Below, piece after piece: positions 48,791 to 61,119 of a DNA stretch of 64,000 bases (the stretch's first letter is position 1; every line of letters starts with the position of its first letter). The translations under genes and the position numbers were made by a program. Under the pieces are notes generated by a model. The model was given only the letters and a program-made list of their open reading frames with translations. It had not been told where the DNA came from and did not search any database. This DNA comes from Mobula hypostoma (lineage: Eukaryota): assembly GCF_963921235.1 (NCBI RefSeq), contig NC_086097.1:220288001-220352000 (forward strand), read 5' to 3'.

Positions 48791-50354
48791 GTTGACAATT
48801 CTCTCCCCCCCCCCCCCACCCAGCCACACGCACAGAAGCTATTTGGCCCACTGAGTTCCTTCAGCAATTTGATTGTTGCTCCAGTTTCCACCATCTGCAG
48901 TGTCTTGTGCCTCAGTTACATGGCATTGCTTTAAAATTCTTCTGACTTTTAAATGATATTTGAATCCACTACACTGAATTTTAGTGAATTATCCTACTCC
49001 TTAGTGAGGAGGTATGATCCCAAACGGCTGCCAGTGAGCCCAGTAAATTAGGACCACTGTACTTGCCATCCATCCTGACAGCTATTAAACTATCAATGTG
49101 GGTAATATATCAGCTTCAATGGAATAAGGAGCACTGAAACAAGAATTGACAGGTAGTCATTTGAAGAGGATCCATGGGTCAAACGCATTGGGGAAAAAAT
49201 GTGTTCCTCATGGGAATTCCTTTAGTGTTTACAACCTAAAAAGCAGAGGGAAAAGATAAATGTACCATCTTGTCTCATAGAAGCTCCAGTGACAGTCACA
49301 CAGCAGAATATGGCCGATCATACCGTACCTCCTACCACAAGAAGCTGAAGGTGCTGGAATCTGCAGCTACAAGCAATCTGGTGGTGGAACTCAGCATCTG
49401 TGGGAGGGGTGGGGAGAGGAATTGTCGGTGTTTCAGGTTGAGGTCCTGGATCGGGGCATTCCTGGGATTCAGTAGCACATTGGCATTTACTGATCATTTA
49501 CTGTTCAATCTGTTCATTTACTGATTGGCTGTTTAAATGAAAATCAGATACTGCAATCTAGTGTGAATGTGTGAAAGATAAACAAAAATTCTGGAAGAAC
49601 CCAACAATTGGTGAAGATCTGGAAAATGAAAAATGACAGCTCATGTTTCAGATGTAGCCCGTCGTCCTGGGGGTGGGGGGGGGGAGGGCTTGCTTTTCTG
49701 TTCTTGTTGTGTTACTGTTGTTGCCTATGTTGTCCTACTGAAAATTATGGACATGCTATATTGGCGCCGGAATATGTGGCCATACTTGTGGGCTTTTCCT
49801 AGCACGTACTCAGGTTCTGTTGGACATTAATGCATACAAGCCATTTTGCTGCATATTTCGATGTACATGCAATAAGTAAATGAATCTTAATCCAAAGGGA
49901 TTACATCTGAATCTGAAGAGTTTACACCCAAATCTGAAGGGTTTATGCCGGTCTTTTTCTACTTTTGGATGCTAATGAGACTATTTTGTGTTGCTGGTGT
50001 TTTCTTTTTTAGTTCACATTTGCTTCATTTTCCCCGGTTCCAGAGAAGACTGTTTTTGAGTGAGCCGAAGCAATATTAAAGCTACGATAAATACCATTCA
50101 CAACAGCAAAGGAAAGAAGATACTCAAGCTTGGCCAGACATGTGGGGACTGGGGGTGGGGAGGCAGAAACCTGAAGGTTTAATGCAGTGATCTTGTTTTA
50201 CCGGTTTCATTAGCAAACAACACTAACAGTGCAGATCTCACAGCCGAAAATGCTTTAACTTGTTTATTGAGCAGAAGAACCCTAATCAATATCTTTTAGC
50301 AGCATTATGCGTTACTGAGCTAGCTGGACTTTTTCTTGGAGATGAGACTCCCGG

Positions 50355-50566
50355 TCAGGAATTGCTGGAGAGCGTCTGAAAAACAAACTCTGGATATTTG
50401 GTAATATGATGGAGCTCTCCAAGGGCAGCAGGTGTCACCAAACCAAAGCCCTTTGTTCCAACCCCAGCAAATCCACAGCTTTGTTCCAAACTATCGTCAT
50501 GAAGTTCAAGCAATGCATTGTTAGTTTTCATTTTTGCTTTTCTTTCATCATCATCCGTGCAGTACT
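50355..50566 (-). CDS. Candidate terminal coding exon (phase 1), unidentified gene
   Basis: Acceptor GCTGCTTTTGCAG; open frame (E)YCTDDDERKAKMKTNNALLELHDD...YPEFVFQTLSSNS*. Confidence 0.3.
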
Positions 50567-52689
50567 CTGCAAAAGCAGCCGCTACTAGGTTACTTGATGT
50601 AGACCACATTCATCCTTAAAACTAAGTTTCTTGCCTGGAAAGGAATTTAACCTACTTGTTATACATGAGGCTTGATGGAGCTTAACAGCTGTGGGGTCCC
50701 ATGGAAAGGTCTCCAACTTGTCTCTCTGCATGTTCATGAATATTTGTGTTTTAACTCACTAACAGATTTGTTCAGTTTTAATTTCTCAGAGACTTTCACA
50801 ATCAATCTCTTGGGATAATAACGGATGTGTGGAGAAAAATAATCAAGACTTCATCATAGGGTTACATTTTATTCCAGTTTTTTCAGTTCCAATTATACAC
50901 AATATCTTAAAACAACCTTTAAACAAGTGTGTCCGCATATAAGCTGGAGCACAGCATAAGTAGGGATCCCTAAACAAAGAGCATTTTAAATTAGCAGCTT
51001 TACAATTTCAATTGCTTTGCATAAGATTAAAGTAGATGTAACATTACAAGTAAGATATTTTAAGAAATTTAACAAGTGTACAATATATTGCCAGAACATA
51101 TCGAAATACAAATATTAAATCTAAAGGAAACATGGGAATATTTTCATTTCTGTATACTTGATACCACAAAACATCTATACTTGTCTTTGTACTGTTCTGA
51201 ATTGCTGTAAAGGAATCTTTATAAAAAGAATAAGTCTACATCCACATGAAATACCACAAACCACATACAGCTCCCAGTGCTATAAATAGTGAAGCACACA
51301 TTGTTATGGAAATATACAGTATAATTAACACAACACCAAAACACTTACAAACTCTTCATTGCATTGTAAAACAGTTAAATTATCAGAGCTATGTAAAGAT
51401 TTGAGGTAGTATTATGGTTGCATAATTCCCACAAATGATACTAAAGTTTACTTGTCTAAAATAGACTGTTGAATTATATAGATTAAAAACTCTCAGCTCC
51501 ACAGTTTAATCATAATTCTGTGATCATCATGCTCTACCACACAACAATTCTTAACTGTTATTTAGGGATGAATGTCCTTTATGTCATCACACATTAACAG
51601 CTCAATTATGTGGTATAAAAGAGTGCCACACTATTTAGCTTCCCCTAATGTGAAGCCACCTCAGCTCTAGTCCACACTATTCTGTAACTGGGATCAGAAA
51701 GTCACCAAACAGCCAATTGGAGAACAGCTCATTTATGATGCTGATGCTGCCAATAAGATTTCAACTGTGCACCGTTTATTCAATGCCTGGTCAACTGTGT
51801 GTCATTTCAGGACAGTACTTCGTGTTTTTGGCTGAGTGAATGATAAATAAAGTGAAAGGGAGGTCCATCATTGTCAAAATTAACATCATTGGTGCAATCA
51901 CTGTATTAATACTTTCCCATTATAAAAATACTACAGCACAGTACAAACAGGAAAGCATCTGTGACTGCAAATTAAGTTGTTTTCTTGTTTACATTCAAAA
52001 TGAAATTTTAACTGAAAGCGTCCAGCTAGACAGAAAAAGACAATTCATTGAGAGAGATGAATTACTTTCAGTTGAATTACTTGTAATTTGCTGATATAAA
52101 TAATAAAATCAGATAACATTGATCTTTAACTATTTAAAGGGAAAGATGATTACTATAAAGAGTCCCTTGACAATATCAGCGGGTACAATGATGCCACTGA
52201 GAATCATTCAAAGCTACAATTTAACTATTTTGTGAGTTGGTTCTGTTATTACTAAGTATTTTGGGGGGACCTGACATTGAGGAAACATTTATGAACCAAT
52301 TTCCAACTATCCAGGTTATTATGTGGCCTACTATTTACCTAATATTGCAAACTTATCTAGATATTTAGCTAATGATCTAAATATGGCAAATTTATCTAGA
52401 AATTTGTGTCATGCAACAGATCAGTGGATTAAAATAATCAGCAGAACGTTAAACGTCACTGTACACTAGGTGTTGTATTCATGAGCGCTGTGTGCATCAT
52501 GAACCAGGATGCATTGCTCTGAAAATAATCATGTAATAAGTACTGCAGCACCTTTAAAATTGGAATTGGATGTATTTTTGTAAAGGAAATATTTGCAGAA
52601 CTCTAGGTAGTGGTTTTCGTAAGTCAGGGAATTTGGAGCAAAATTGGAAGGTCATGATACATTTGTGCACGAAGCTGCTGTCATCCTGC

Positions 52690-53195
52690 TATAAGGAAGA
52701 TGCTGTTAAACTGGTAAGAGGGTGAAAGTACTTACAAGGATATTGCCTGGACTTGATCAACTGACTCAGTGAAAGGTTTACACAGGCTAGACTTTATTCC
52801 TTAGAGTGTAGGAATCTGAGAGGTGATCTTACAGAGATGTATAAAATCATGAGGGGCAAAGAAAGGGTGAATGCACTCTTCTTCCCAGGATTAGGAATCA
52901 AGAACTAGAGAACACAGGTTTAAAGCGAGGGGAAGGATTTAACAGGAATTTGAGGAGCAACATTTTTACACAAGTTTTATGAGCTGCCAGAAGAATAAGA
53001 AATGAGCTGCCGACAGAAGTAATTAAGGCAGATAAGTAAATTTTAAGACAGTAGAGCAGGTACATAGGTTGGGGAAGTTTGTAAGGTTATGGGCTGAACA
53101 CTGGCAGATGGGTCTGGCTTGGCTGGGATATCTTGGTCAGCGTGGACCTCTTGGCCTGAAAGACCTGCTTCCGTGTTGTATAACTATGACTCTAG
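52690..53195 (+). mobile_element. Old CR1 3' fragment
   Basis: CTTTATTCCTTAGAGTGTAGGAATCTGAGAGGTGATCTTACAGAGATGTATAAAATCATGAGGGGC; tail ACTATGACTCTA. Confidence 0.75.
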
Positions 53196-53957
53196 TGGGA
53201 AAAGCTGGCCAATCCCCACTTAATAAATTCAGCTCGGAATTCCTCTTCCCACAAATTAAAATAACAGAAAATAGAATTTTACTCAAATGTCATAAACGTT
53301 TACACAGCTGGAATAAAAGAAGAGCTTCTGAAAACTCTAAAATTCACAAAAACTCACAAGAACTAAATGTAACTTATAAAGCCGAACAAAATCAAGCTAC
53401 ACTTACCCGGGATAGGTCCAAGATCAGCCAATTTAAACAGGGACCTGGTTGGTCAACTGGGTTAACTTACTGAAATATTAGTAGAATAATTAGTAGTAAC
53501 AATTCTGTTTTATTTCTAAGTGTTACACTTTATTTAACAAACATCTGAGCAACTATTGGATGTTTAGGCTGTTGTGTTCAATTTCAAATGAATTAATATT
53601 AATTTGAATCAGCATAGATTAAGAAAAGATAGTTTATTTTATGATCAAGACTGCTTCTATATGGTCACAAAAAAAATCTCACTTTCATACTGTAGTTTGA
53701 TTGTAACTCCTACTCTCCGCAGTTCCCAACATACAGCAGATTCAGTCAGTGCAAAACTATGTCAAGACGTGCATTATTGCAAAGTAATATCTTGGCAAAA
53801 GAAATTAAAAGAATCTGTAACAGGAGAAGTGTGCAAAATTCTTAATTCCCATACTGCGTCAAGCCAGATATTTGCTAACCCTGAGAGCAGATAAGGAACC
53901 ACCTACATGTGTGCTGTAGTTTAGCAAATACTCTGAGGTTAGGTTGTCAATAGTTTG

Positions 53958-54169
53958 CTAATTCCAGGGTCTGTAGCCATCATTATGCAGTACGGAGACT
54001 CCTGTGGTCGCTCGGTAGGGGTTGCTCTCCTCTTTGTCCGGATTCAGGGGGGTTGTCAACGGCTCCTCACTTGAATTGTAAAGGTAATCTCCATTCACAG
54101 AGTCTGTCTGATTGGTCGGCGTGCTGTGCAATTCTTGGGTGGCAGCAGTGCCTACCTGGAGCCCCTCAC
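53958..54169 (-). CDS. Candidate terminal coding exon (phase 1) of an unidentified host gene
   Basis: Acceptor CATATTCATTTGCTAATCAG; only phase 1 is open: (G)EGLQVGTAATQELHSTPTNQTDSVNGDYLYNSSEEPLTTPLNPDKEESNPYRATTGVSVLHNDGYRPWN*; richer in GC and CpG than the flanks, followed by AT-rich UTR-like sequence. Confidence 0.6.
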
Positions 54170-55364
54170 CTGATTAGCAAATGAATATGATGTTAGAACT
54201 GGAAACACACACAAAAAACAAGTTTCTCAGAGGAAGTAAACGAGCAAATTAAACAGAGTAACAACACTGTTTTGGACTAAACAGGGTGTAAATTTCAACA
54301 AGACACTTCATTCAGGATTTTTGCTTTATAATTCAATCAAAAGCAATGGTATAATAACAAGATAATCTCTATCAGTAAGCGGGTAGCGAACAGGACAGAG
54401 GCCCTGATAAGTATGGGGATGGCATGAGAACAGGGTTGAGAAGGATAAGTCAGCCATGATGCAATGGCAAAGCAGACTTAATGGGCCAAATGGCCTAATT
54501 CTGTTCCTATGTCTGTGCAATTTTCCAACTCATGCTTTCTCTGATTTGGGTTTCTTCCCCCCACCCCATTCCAGACTTTCAGTGTGTCAATCCCACCAAA
54601 GCTGCCCTGTGGAGTTCAAAAGAACCCAAAATGTATTGAGAATTGCAGAGCAGAAGATCTCTGATCTTCCATAGCAATTTCTTTTTATTAAAATGTACCA
54701 AATATTTTACATAAATGCTGTGCAAATCATTACATTTCCAGATCAGAATAACTTTAAGAGATCCACTGTTAAAAAGAAGATAAGAAATTAAAAATATAAT
54801 ACCTCCCTTTGCAATTAAGGAAATGGTACCCCTTTTGTGTTCCTTTTTGTGTACAGCTCCAACATCTTCTCATGTACGTTGGTTTAATTGGCAAGAAAAA
54901 TAAACACAAAACTAGAATGTTCAATGGGAGCAAAATGAAATACACAGATGCTGAAAGTCATTAGCCAGCCCCACTGTGAGACCGGATGAATTCCCACTGG
55001 TGGTTACTGCAATGCTCAGCATCAGGATGGGTTGGATTTCCATTAGTGGCAGCCGTCCATGTCACCAAGGTGCATCTTAGAGCGTCAAGAGGAGGACAGG
55101 TAATGCCACACAGTCACAGAGTCATGTGGCATGGAAACTCACCCTCCAGCCCACCAAGTACACTCTCTCCCTCAAACACACTTCTACACTAACCCCATTT
55201 ATTCTCATCACAGTTCTTTCAACTCCCTGCAGATTGAACTACTCAGGTTATACTAGGCACAATTTACAGTGGGCAATTAACCCCGTAACAGCTTATCTTT
55301 GGGACAGGGGAAGAACGCACAGGAAACTACTCACGCAAACTCCATACAGGCAACATTGGAGGTC

Positions 55365-56350
55365 AGAATCAGAATAAGGTTTAATATTACCAGCACACAT
55401 CATGAAATTTGTCGTCTTTGCAGCAACACAATACAATACATAATAATCGGGGGAGAAAACTGCAAATTGAAGTATATACTGCATATATTAAATAGTTAAA
55501 TAAGTTGAGCAAAGATAGAGATAAAAAAAAAGTAGTGAGGTAGTGTTCATGGGTGCAATGTCCATTCAGAAATTGGATGGCAGAGGGGAAGAAGCTGTTC
55601 CTGAATCGTTGAGTGTGTGTACATTCAGGCTTCTGTACCTCCTACCTGATGGTAACAATGAGAACAAGGCATGACCTAGGTAATAGGGTTCCTTAATGAA
55701 GGATCTGAGGCATCACTTCTGGAAGATGTCTTGGATAGTGCCCACGATAGAACTGGCTAGGTTTACAAGTCTCTGCGGCTTATTTCAATCCTGTGCAGTA
55801 GCCCTCCCCCACCCCTCGGCATACTAGACAGTGATGAATGCTGTCCACAGTACATCTGTAGAAATTCATAAGTGTCTTTGGTAACATACCAAATCTCCTC
55901 AAACTCCTAATGAAATATAGCTGCTGTCATACTTTCTTTGTAGCTGCATCAATATATTGGGTCCAGTTTACACCCTCAGAGATATTGACACCCTGGAATT
56001 TAAAATACCTCACTCTCCACTTCTGATCTCTCTGCAGTGTACCCTCATCTTACCCTTTTTGAAGTCCACAATCAGATATCTGGTCTTACTGATGCTGAGT
56101 GCAAGGTTGTTGCTGCGACAGCACACAACTAGCTGATACATGTCACTCCTGTACACCACCTTTTCATCATCTGAAATTCTATCAACAATAGTTGTATCAT
56201 CAGCAAATTTATAGATGGCATTTGAGCTGTGCCTAGCCACGCAGTCACGGGTGTAAGGACAATAAAGCAGTGGGCTGAGCACACATTCTTGAGATGCACT
56301 AGTGTTGACTGGCAGTGAGGTGGAGAAGGCATTTCTGATCTGCAAAGACA
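55365..56350 (-). mobile_element. Rex1/Babar LINE fragment (RT core to tail)
   Basis: NTSASQECVLSPLLY...DCVARHSSNAIYKFADDTTIV (56010-56345); tail ATTAAACCTTATTCTGATTCTGA. Confidence 0.88.
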
Positions 56351-57261
56351 GTGGTTAGGAAGCTGGTCAGGACTGAACCTAGTTTGCTAAGCACTTTGCC
56401 ACAGTTTTTCATATCATCACCACCACAGCCCAGCAAAGCCTCGTCATATCCTCCCTTGCCTTTTAAAGGGCATGAAAGAAATAAAATGACACCATTTCAA
56501 AGGCATTAAAGCAAGATTCCGGGTTCTGATCTTGGAACTGGGATGTAACTGCACCATCTGATATCTGTGTCACTGGGTGGTTGGCTAGGCTGAGCCAACG
56601 TAATTTAACAACTGGGTAAGGTATTCCCTCCACACCCTTGCATCGCATTGCATTTGAATTTTGTGGGAGTTCCACCTCCACCTACTTCTGGGTCGACTGA
56701 CTTTCAGCAAAGTTTTAGTGTATCTTCCTGTCTCTCAGACCCAGGGATCACTGCCATTCAGACCTCAAAAATCACTCCTGCTCTGAGATTTTACTACAAG
56801 CTAACACTTTGTCCTTTCTTTCAAAACAATATCCATTACCATCCAAAGGTGCCATGCAAATACTATTGGAAAACCTGAAATTTTCTTGCATTGGCAAGAA
56901 AATTACTTATTTTCCATACCTGTAAAATACTTGCACTGCATTGCAACTCTTGTGTATATGTGTCTGTGCGGATATGTACGTGTGTGTATGTGTATGTCTG
57001 TACTTGTGTACGAGTGTGTGTGTGTCACAGTCAGATTAGATGTAATCCATTCAAAATTCCCTTCATTACAGAATAGCCAAACAATATATTGTGATGGCTC
57101 ACAAAACAGCAGTACAGGATGGCTGCTTCATCTATGACCGTGCTCTCCCCAGGGTTAGCAGAGAAACAAGACAGAAGGATTGGAGTAGAGAAACTGAGAT
57201 ACTTACAGCTGCATCCAAGATGCGAATTTCAATGTTGGATTTAGAACAGAAAAATGATTAC

Positions 57262-57285
57262 CTTTGGTGCTGTGAGGGTAACTTC
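57262..57285 (-). CDS. Candidate 24-nt microexon (phase 1-1)
   Basis: TTCTAATTCTTCTCCACATTAG|GAAGTTACCCTCACAGCACCAAAG|GTAATC; reads (G)SYPHSTK and joins in frame to 54169. Confidence 0.4.
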
Positions 57286-57434
57286 CTAATGTGGAGAAGA
57301 ATTAGAATCAGTGTTATTCCATGATTCTGCTGGGTAGTTTTCCCTCAGAATAAGTGATACTCACTGTAGGCACATGGCATTGCACTGAACCATTAACAAT
57401 CCAATCTTCACAGGACAAGATATTGAATATTGAA

Positions 57435-57712
57435 AGGCCAAAAGTGGATGTGGAGAGGATGTTTCCGATAGTGGAAGAGACCAGGACCAGAGGGCACAGC
57501 CTCAGAATAGAAGGATGTCCCTTTACAACAGAGGCAAAGAGGAATTTCTGTAACCAGAGGCTGCAACAGTCAGCTGTGGAGACCAAGTTATTGGGTTTAT
57601 TTAAAGAAGAGGTACCTAAGTTCTTCATTAGTAAGAGGTCAGAGGTTTGAGTGAAATTGCAGGAGAACAAGGTTGAGCAGATTTAATGAATTGAATGGTC
57701 CTATGTCTTATG
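57435..57712 (+). mobile_element. Old CR1 3' fragment
   Basis: VDVERMFPIVEETRTRGHSLRIEGCPF. Confidence 0.8.
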
Positions 57713-58399
57713 GACAAAATGGAGCAGAAAACCAGTTTTCTAAAAGTCTTGCGACCTGCAGTCAGAACAAGTGTCTCCTCTTTCGACTATCAAACACTGA
57801 ATCTCTTTTATGTACTTGCATGCATCCGATTCCTTGCAATTTCATCTGGCACAAAGGCTGAGGGAAAGAATCTGCAGCGGAAGTCCACCATTAAATTAAT
57901 GAAACAAACGCAGTGGAACAAATGCATGCCATTTGAGTCTCAGGCCCAGAAACATCCAGGTATGGCTGCCCCAAACAAGTGAACAGCTTTTGTGACATGA
58001 CTTTTAATTAAAAATCACAGTGGTTTTCAAATTAGATACCAATTTTCCCGATGAGTACTTGTGAATAAAATGACTAAGAAGTTTGTCCTTGAGTACTTTA
58101 GTCAGGTACCACCTTCGCATCCCATTTCCATTGTGTTTCTTGAGCAGTGGTTGTCTTAATTAGAGTAGGCGGGCCAGGTCCCCAGGCTGAGAACAAAGAA
58201 GAATGGTAAGGTAAAAGGGGACGAGATACCGCAACAAGTACTGTATGTAGAAGGGTGTGAATTTGTAGAGACTGAACGTCAAAATATCATGAGAATCTTG
58301 AGATAATAAGGGAGTAGAAATGGGCTGTCTATGTGTGAACATGCAATTATCACAAAAAAAGACTATTTAAAATAAAATTATAAATAATTTTATCTGGTT

Positions 58400-59183
58400 G
58401 TTCCTGGGCAAAGGTGTTAGGCACATAAATACTGTATAGGGTGTCCAAGACTTTTTCCCGGTAATTTATTTATCAACTTGGAGTAGAGTGTGAGTTTGTA
58501 AATCTAGCGAGAGCAAAGGATGTTGGGAATTGGGAGAGGTGGAGTGCCGCGGGAGAGGTATGGGATAAGTGGCAGAGAAGGAGTGCCAGGGGAAGGGGGA
58601 TTGGCATGGGTGCAGACACACCCAGCCCTGAGACACCAGGCAAGGTCATTTAATTCAAAGCAATTGATTTATTGATCATTACAGAATGTCTCTCTGGTGC
58701 TTCCCACTCCCTCCGCTCTCCCTTCCCTTTTTCCCCCAATCATGATTCCCCTCTCCCTGCCCCCTTCCTACTCCCAGTCCACAATAGAGACCCCATATCA
58801 GAATCACGTTTATCATTACTCACATATCATGAAATTTGTTTTATTTTGTGGGAAAAGTACAATGCAGTACATAAAATTACTACAGTACTGTGCAAACAAC
58901 AGGAATTCTGCAGATGCTGGAAATTCAAGCAACACACATCAAAGTTGCTGGTGAACGCAGCAGGCCAGGCAGCATCTCTAGGAAGAGGTACAGTCGACGT
59001 TTTAGACCGAGACCCTTCGTCAGGACAGAAGGGTCTCGGCCTGAAACGTCGACTGTACCTCTTCCTAGAGATGCTGCCTGGCCTGCTGCGTTCACCAGCA
59101 ACTTTGATGTGTGTTACAGTACTGTGCATATGTCTTAGGCACCCTAGCTATGTATATGTGCCTAAGATTTTTGTGTAGTACTG
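58400..59183. mobile_element. Composite Tc1-like MITE with palindromic end modules
   Basis: 59115-59185 TACAGTACTGTGCA..GTCTTAGGCAC...GTGCCTAAGA...AGTACTGTA is self-complementary; degenerate inverse copy near 58400-58465. Confidence 0.55.
58895..59114. mobile_element. Fold-back pair of Penelope pLTRs with 14-bp flanking duplication
   Basis: Inverted arms about 58931-59017 and 59029-59115; TACAGTACTGTGCA at 58881-58894 and 59115-59128. Confidence 0.85.
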
Positions 59184-59520
59184 TACATATATAAAAGTTT
59201 GATACAAAAATAGGCCTTGAAGTATATTTTCAACAACCAGACTTTGATTATATTTGTATTCAGTTATGTTCTTTGGGTGTCAGGCTGTGATTAAACTTTA
59301 TAGGAAGCTTCCATTTTCCAGAACAAAGTTGTATGTGGATATTAAAGCTGAACATGAAAGTGGCATAATCACACTGGGCAATGTTTCAAGAACAAAAATA
59401 AGATTTTTAAATGTAGAAAATTTTCAGCAGCTGAAGAGGTGAAAATCTCTTGTCATTGATCTGCAGAAACAGTTCTGATTGTGAATCACAATCAAAAATC
59501 AGTAGCACCTGAGGCCCAAG

Positions 59521-59750
59521 CAACACACACCAAATGCTGGAGGAACTCGGCAGGCCAGGCAGCATGTATGGGAAAGAGTACTGTCAATGCTTCAGGCCAA
59601 AACCCTTCAGCAGGACTGTCGGAAGGGTTTCGGCCTAAAACGTCAACTGTATTCTTTTCCATAGATGCTGCCTGGCCTGCTGAGTTCCTCCAGGAGTTTG
59701 TGTGTGTTGCTCGGATTTCCAGCATCTGCAGATTTTCCCTTATTTGTGAT
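59521..59750. mobile_element. Second, older fold-back pair of Penelope pLTRs
   Basis: Inverted arms meeting near 59615; flanks 59503-59520 and 59751-59768 match at 15 of 18 nt. Confidence 0.8.
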
Positions 59751-60974
59751 TAGTACCTAAGACCCAAGGCATCATCCATCACTGATCAATTGTCCTCCAC
59801 ACACCGCCTCCGGCCACAGTATAAAATGAAATTGTAAACCTGGATTCAGGGGATTGTGTAGAAAGGCAGCCTAGGAGGTGTGCTCAGGGGTGGAGAATTG
59901 GAAGCAAGAGACCTTCACAACAGGTTGGTGGCATTGGGCCTAAAACTGCAAGCTTGTTGAATATGGAGGTGGTTGAATTGGGAACAATTTCCAGATAGAG
60001 AGATATTGCTGATTGGGAAGCTTGTTTGTAAAGGGTTGGTGTGAGGTTAGTATGTTGGGAGATGGGGGACAGTAGAAACAGGAGTCACAGTTGGGGGGCA
60101 GTAGTTAAGGGTCAGGGTTTGAAAACAGGGCCTGGGGTTTAAGTGACTGGAAATTGTGGATCAGAAAGTGAATAGAAGGATTGGATCATGCAAGTACCAT
60201 AAGTTTACATGGGTAATGTTGTACAATTCGGGTCATACCTGGAAGCATTAAGAACTGACAAGAAAACTAAAGGAAACATGCCTGTCTCAATTTCCCTAAT
60301 CTGCATTAGGACATGACAGGAGCACTTCAGAACCTCATTCAGGGAATACTATCTCCTGGCAATGTCCTTGCATTGGACAAGGAACAATGACATTACGTGC
60401 TTTACCAATATAGAATACGTAGCTTGCCAGGTGGAATTTCTTGAGTGGCAATAATTGACCCAGAAAACATTGTATCAGTGCTTCAAACTGGGAAAAAAAG
60501 TTAATGCTCATGCATCAATTATTAATTATGCTTATTAGTTCAGCACATTGTCAACCAAAGGGGTCTGTTCCTGTGTTACCCATGTCTATACACAAAGGAC
60601 AGAGAAAAGCAGCACCTTGTGATTGGATTTCCAGGAAATAACATCTTTAACACAACAAAATGCCCCAAGGTGTTCCTCAGGACCACTGTTAAACAAAGAG
60701 TAAAATTGTGCCCCATGTAGAGATATTAGAAAATAAGCTTTCAGTGAATTTCTTAAAGGAAAAGAGATGCAATAAGGCAGGGAGGTTTTACAAAACGAAT
60801 TCCAGGGTTAAGCAACTTTAGGAATGAAAACCCTTGGTAGTATTATCAAATTCTACAGGTAGAAAAGATCAGAACTGGAGTAGCGCAGAGTTCCTTAGAG
60901 TGGGAATGAAGACATTCAGTGATTTCGGACACTCAGTGTCACCTGTGAAAAGTCCCAGGACATGTTTAGCAAAT

Positions 60975-61072
60975 GAACACACAAAAAGTGCTGGAGGACC
61001 TCATCAGGTCAGGCAGCTTCTATGAAAAAGAGAAAACAATTGACATTTCAGGCTGAGACCCTTCTTCAGGAC
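60975..61072 (-). mobile_element. Penelope pLTR fragment
   Basis: Reverse complement CTGAAGA-A-GGGTCTCAGCCT-GAAAT-GTC. Confidence 0.7.
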
Positions 61073-61119
61073 CCAGGTTTACCAAATGCAGAGTAAAGTC
61101 ACCACCTCTCTAAAGAACA

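Noticed and set aside
50355..54169. Two candidate terminal exons have identical 212-nt coding length
   Set aside because: No sequence similarity between them; treated as coincidence
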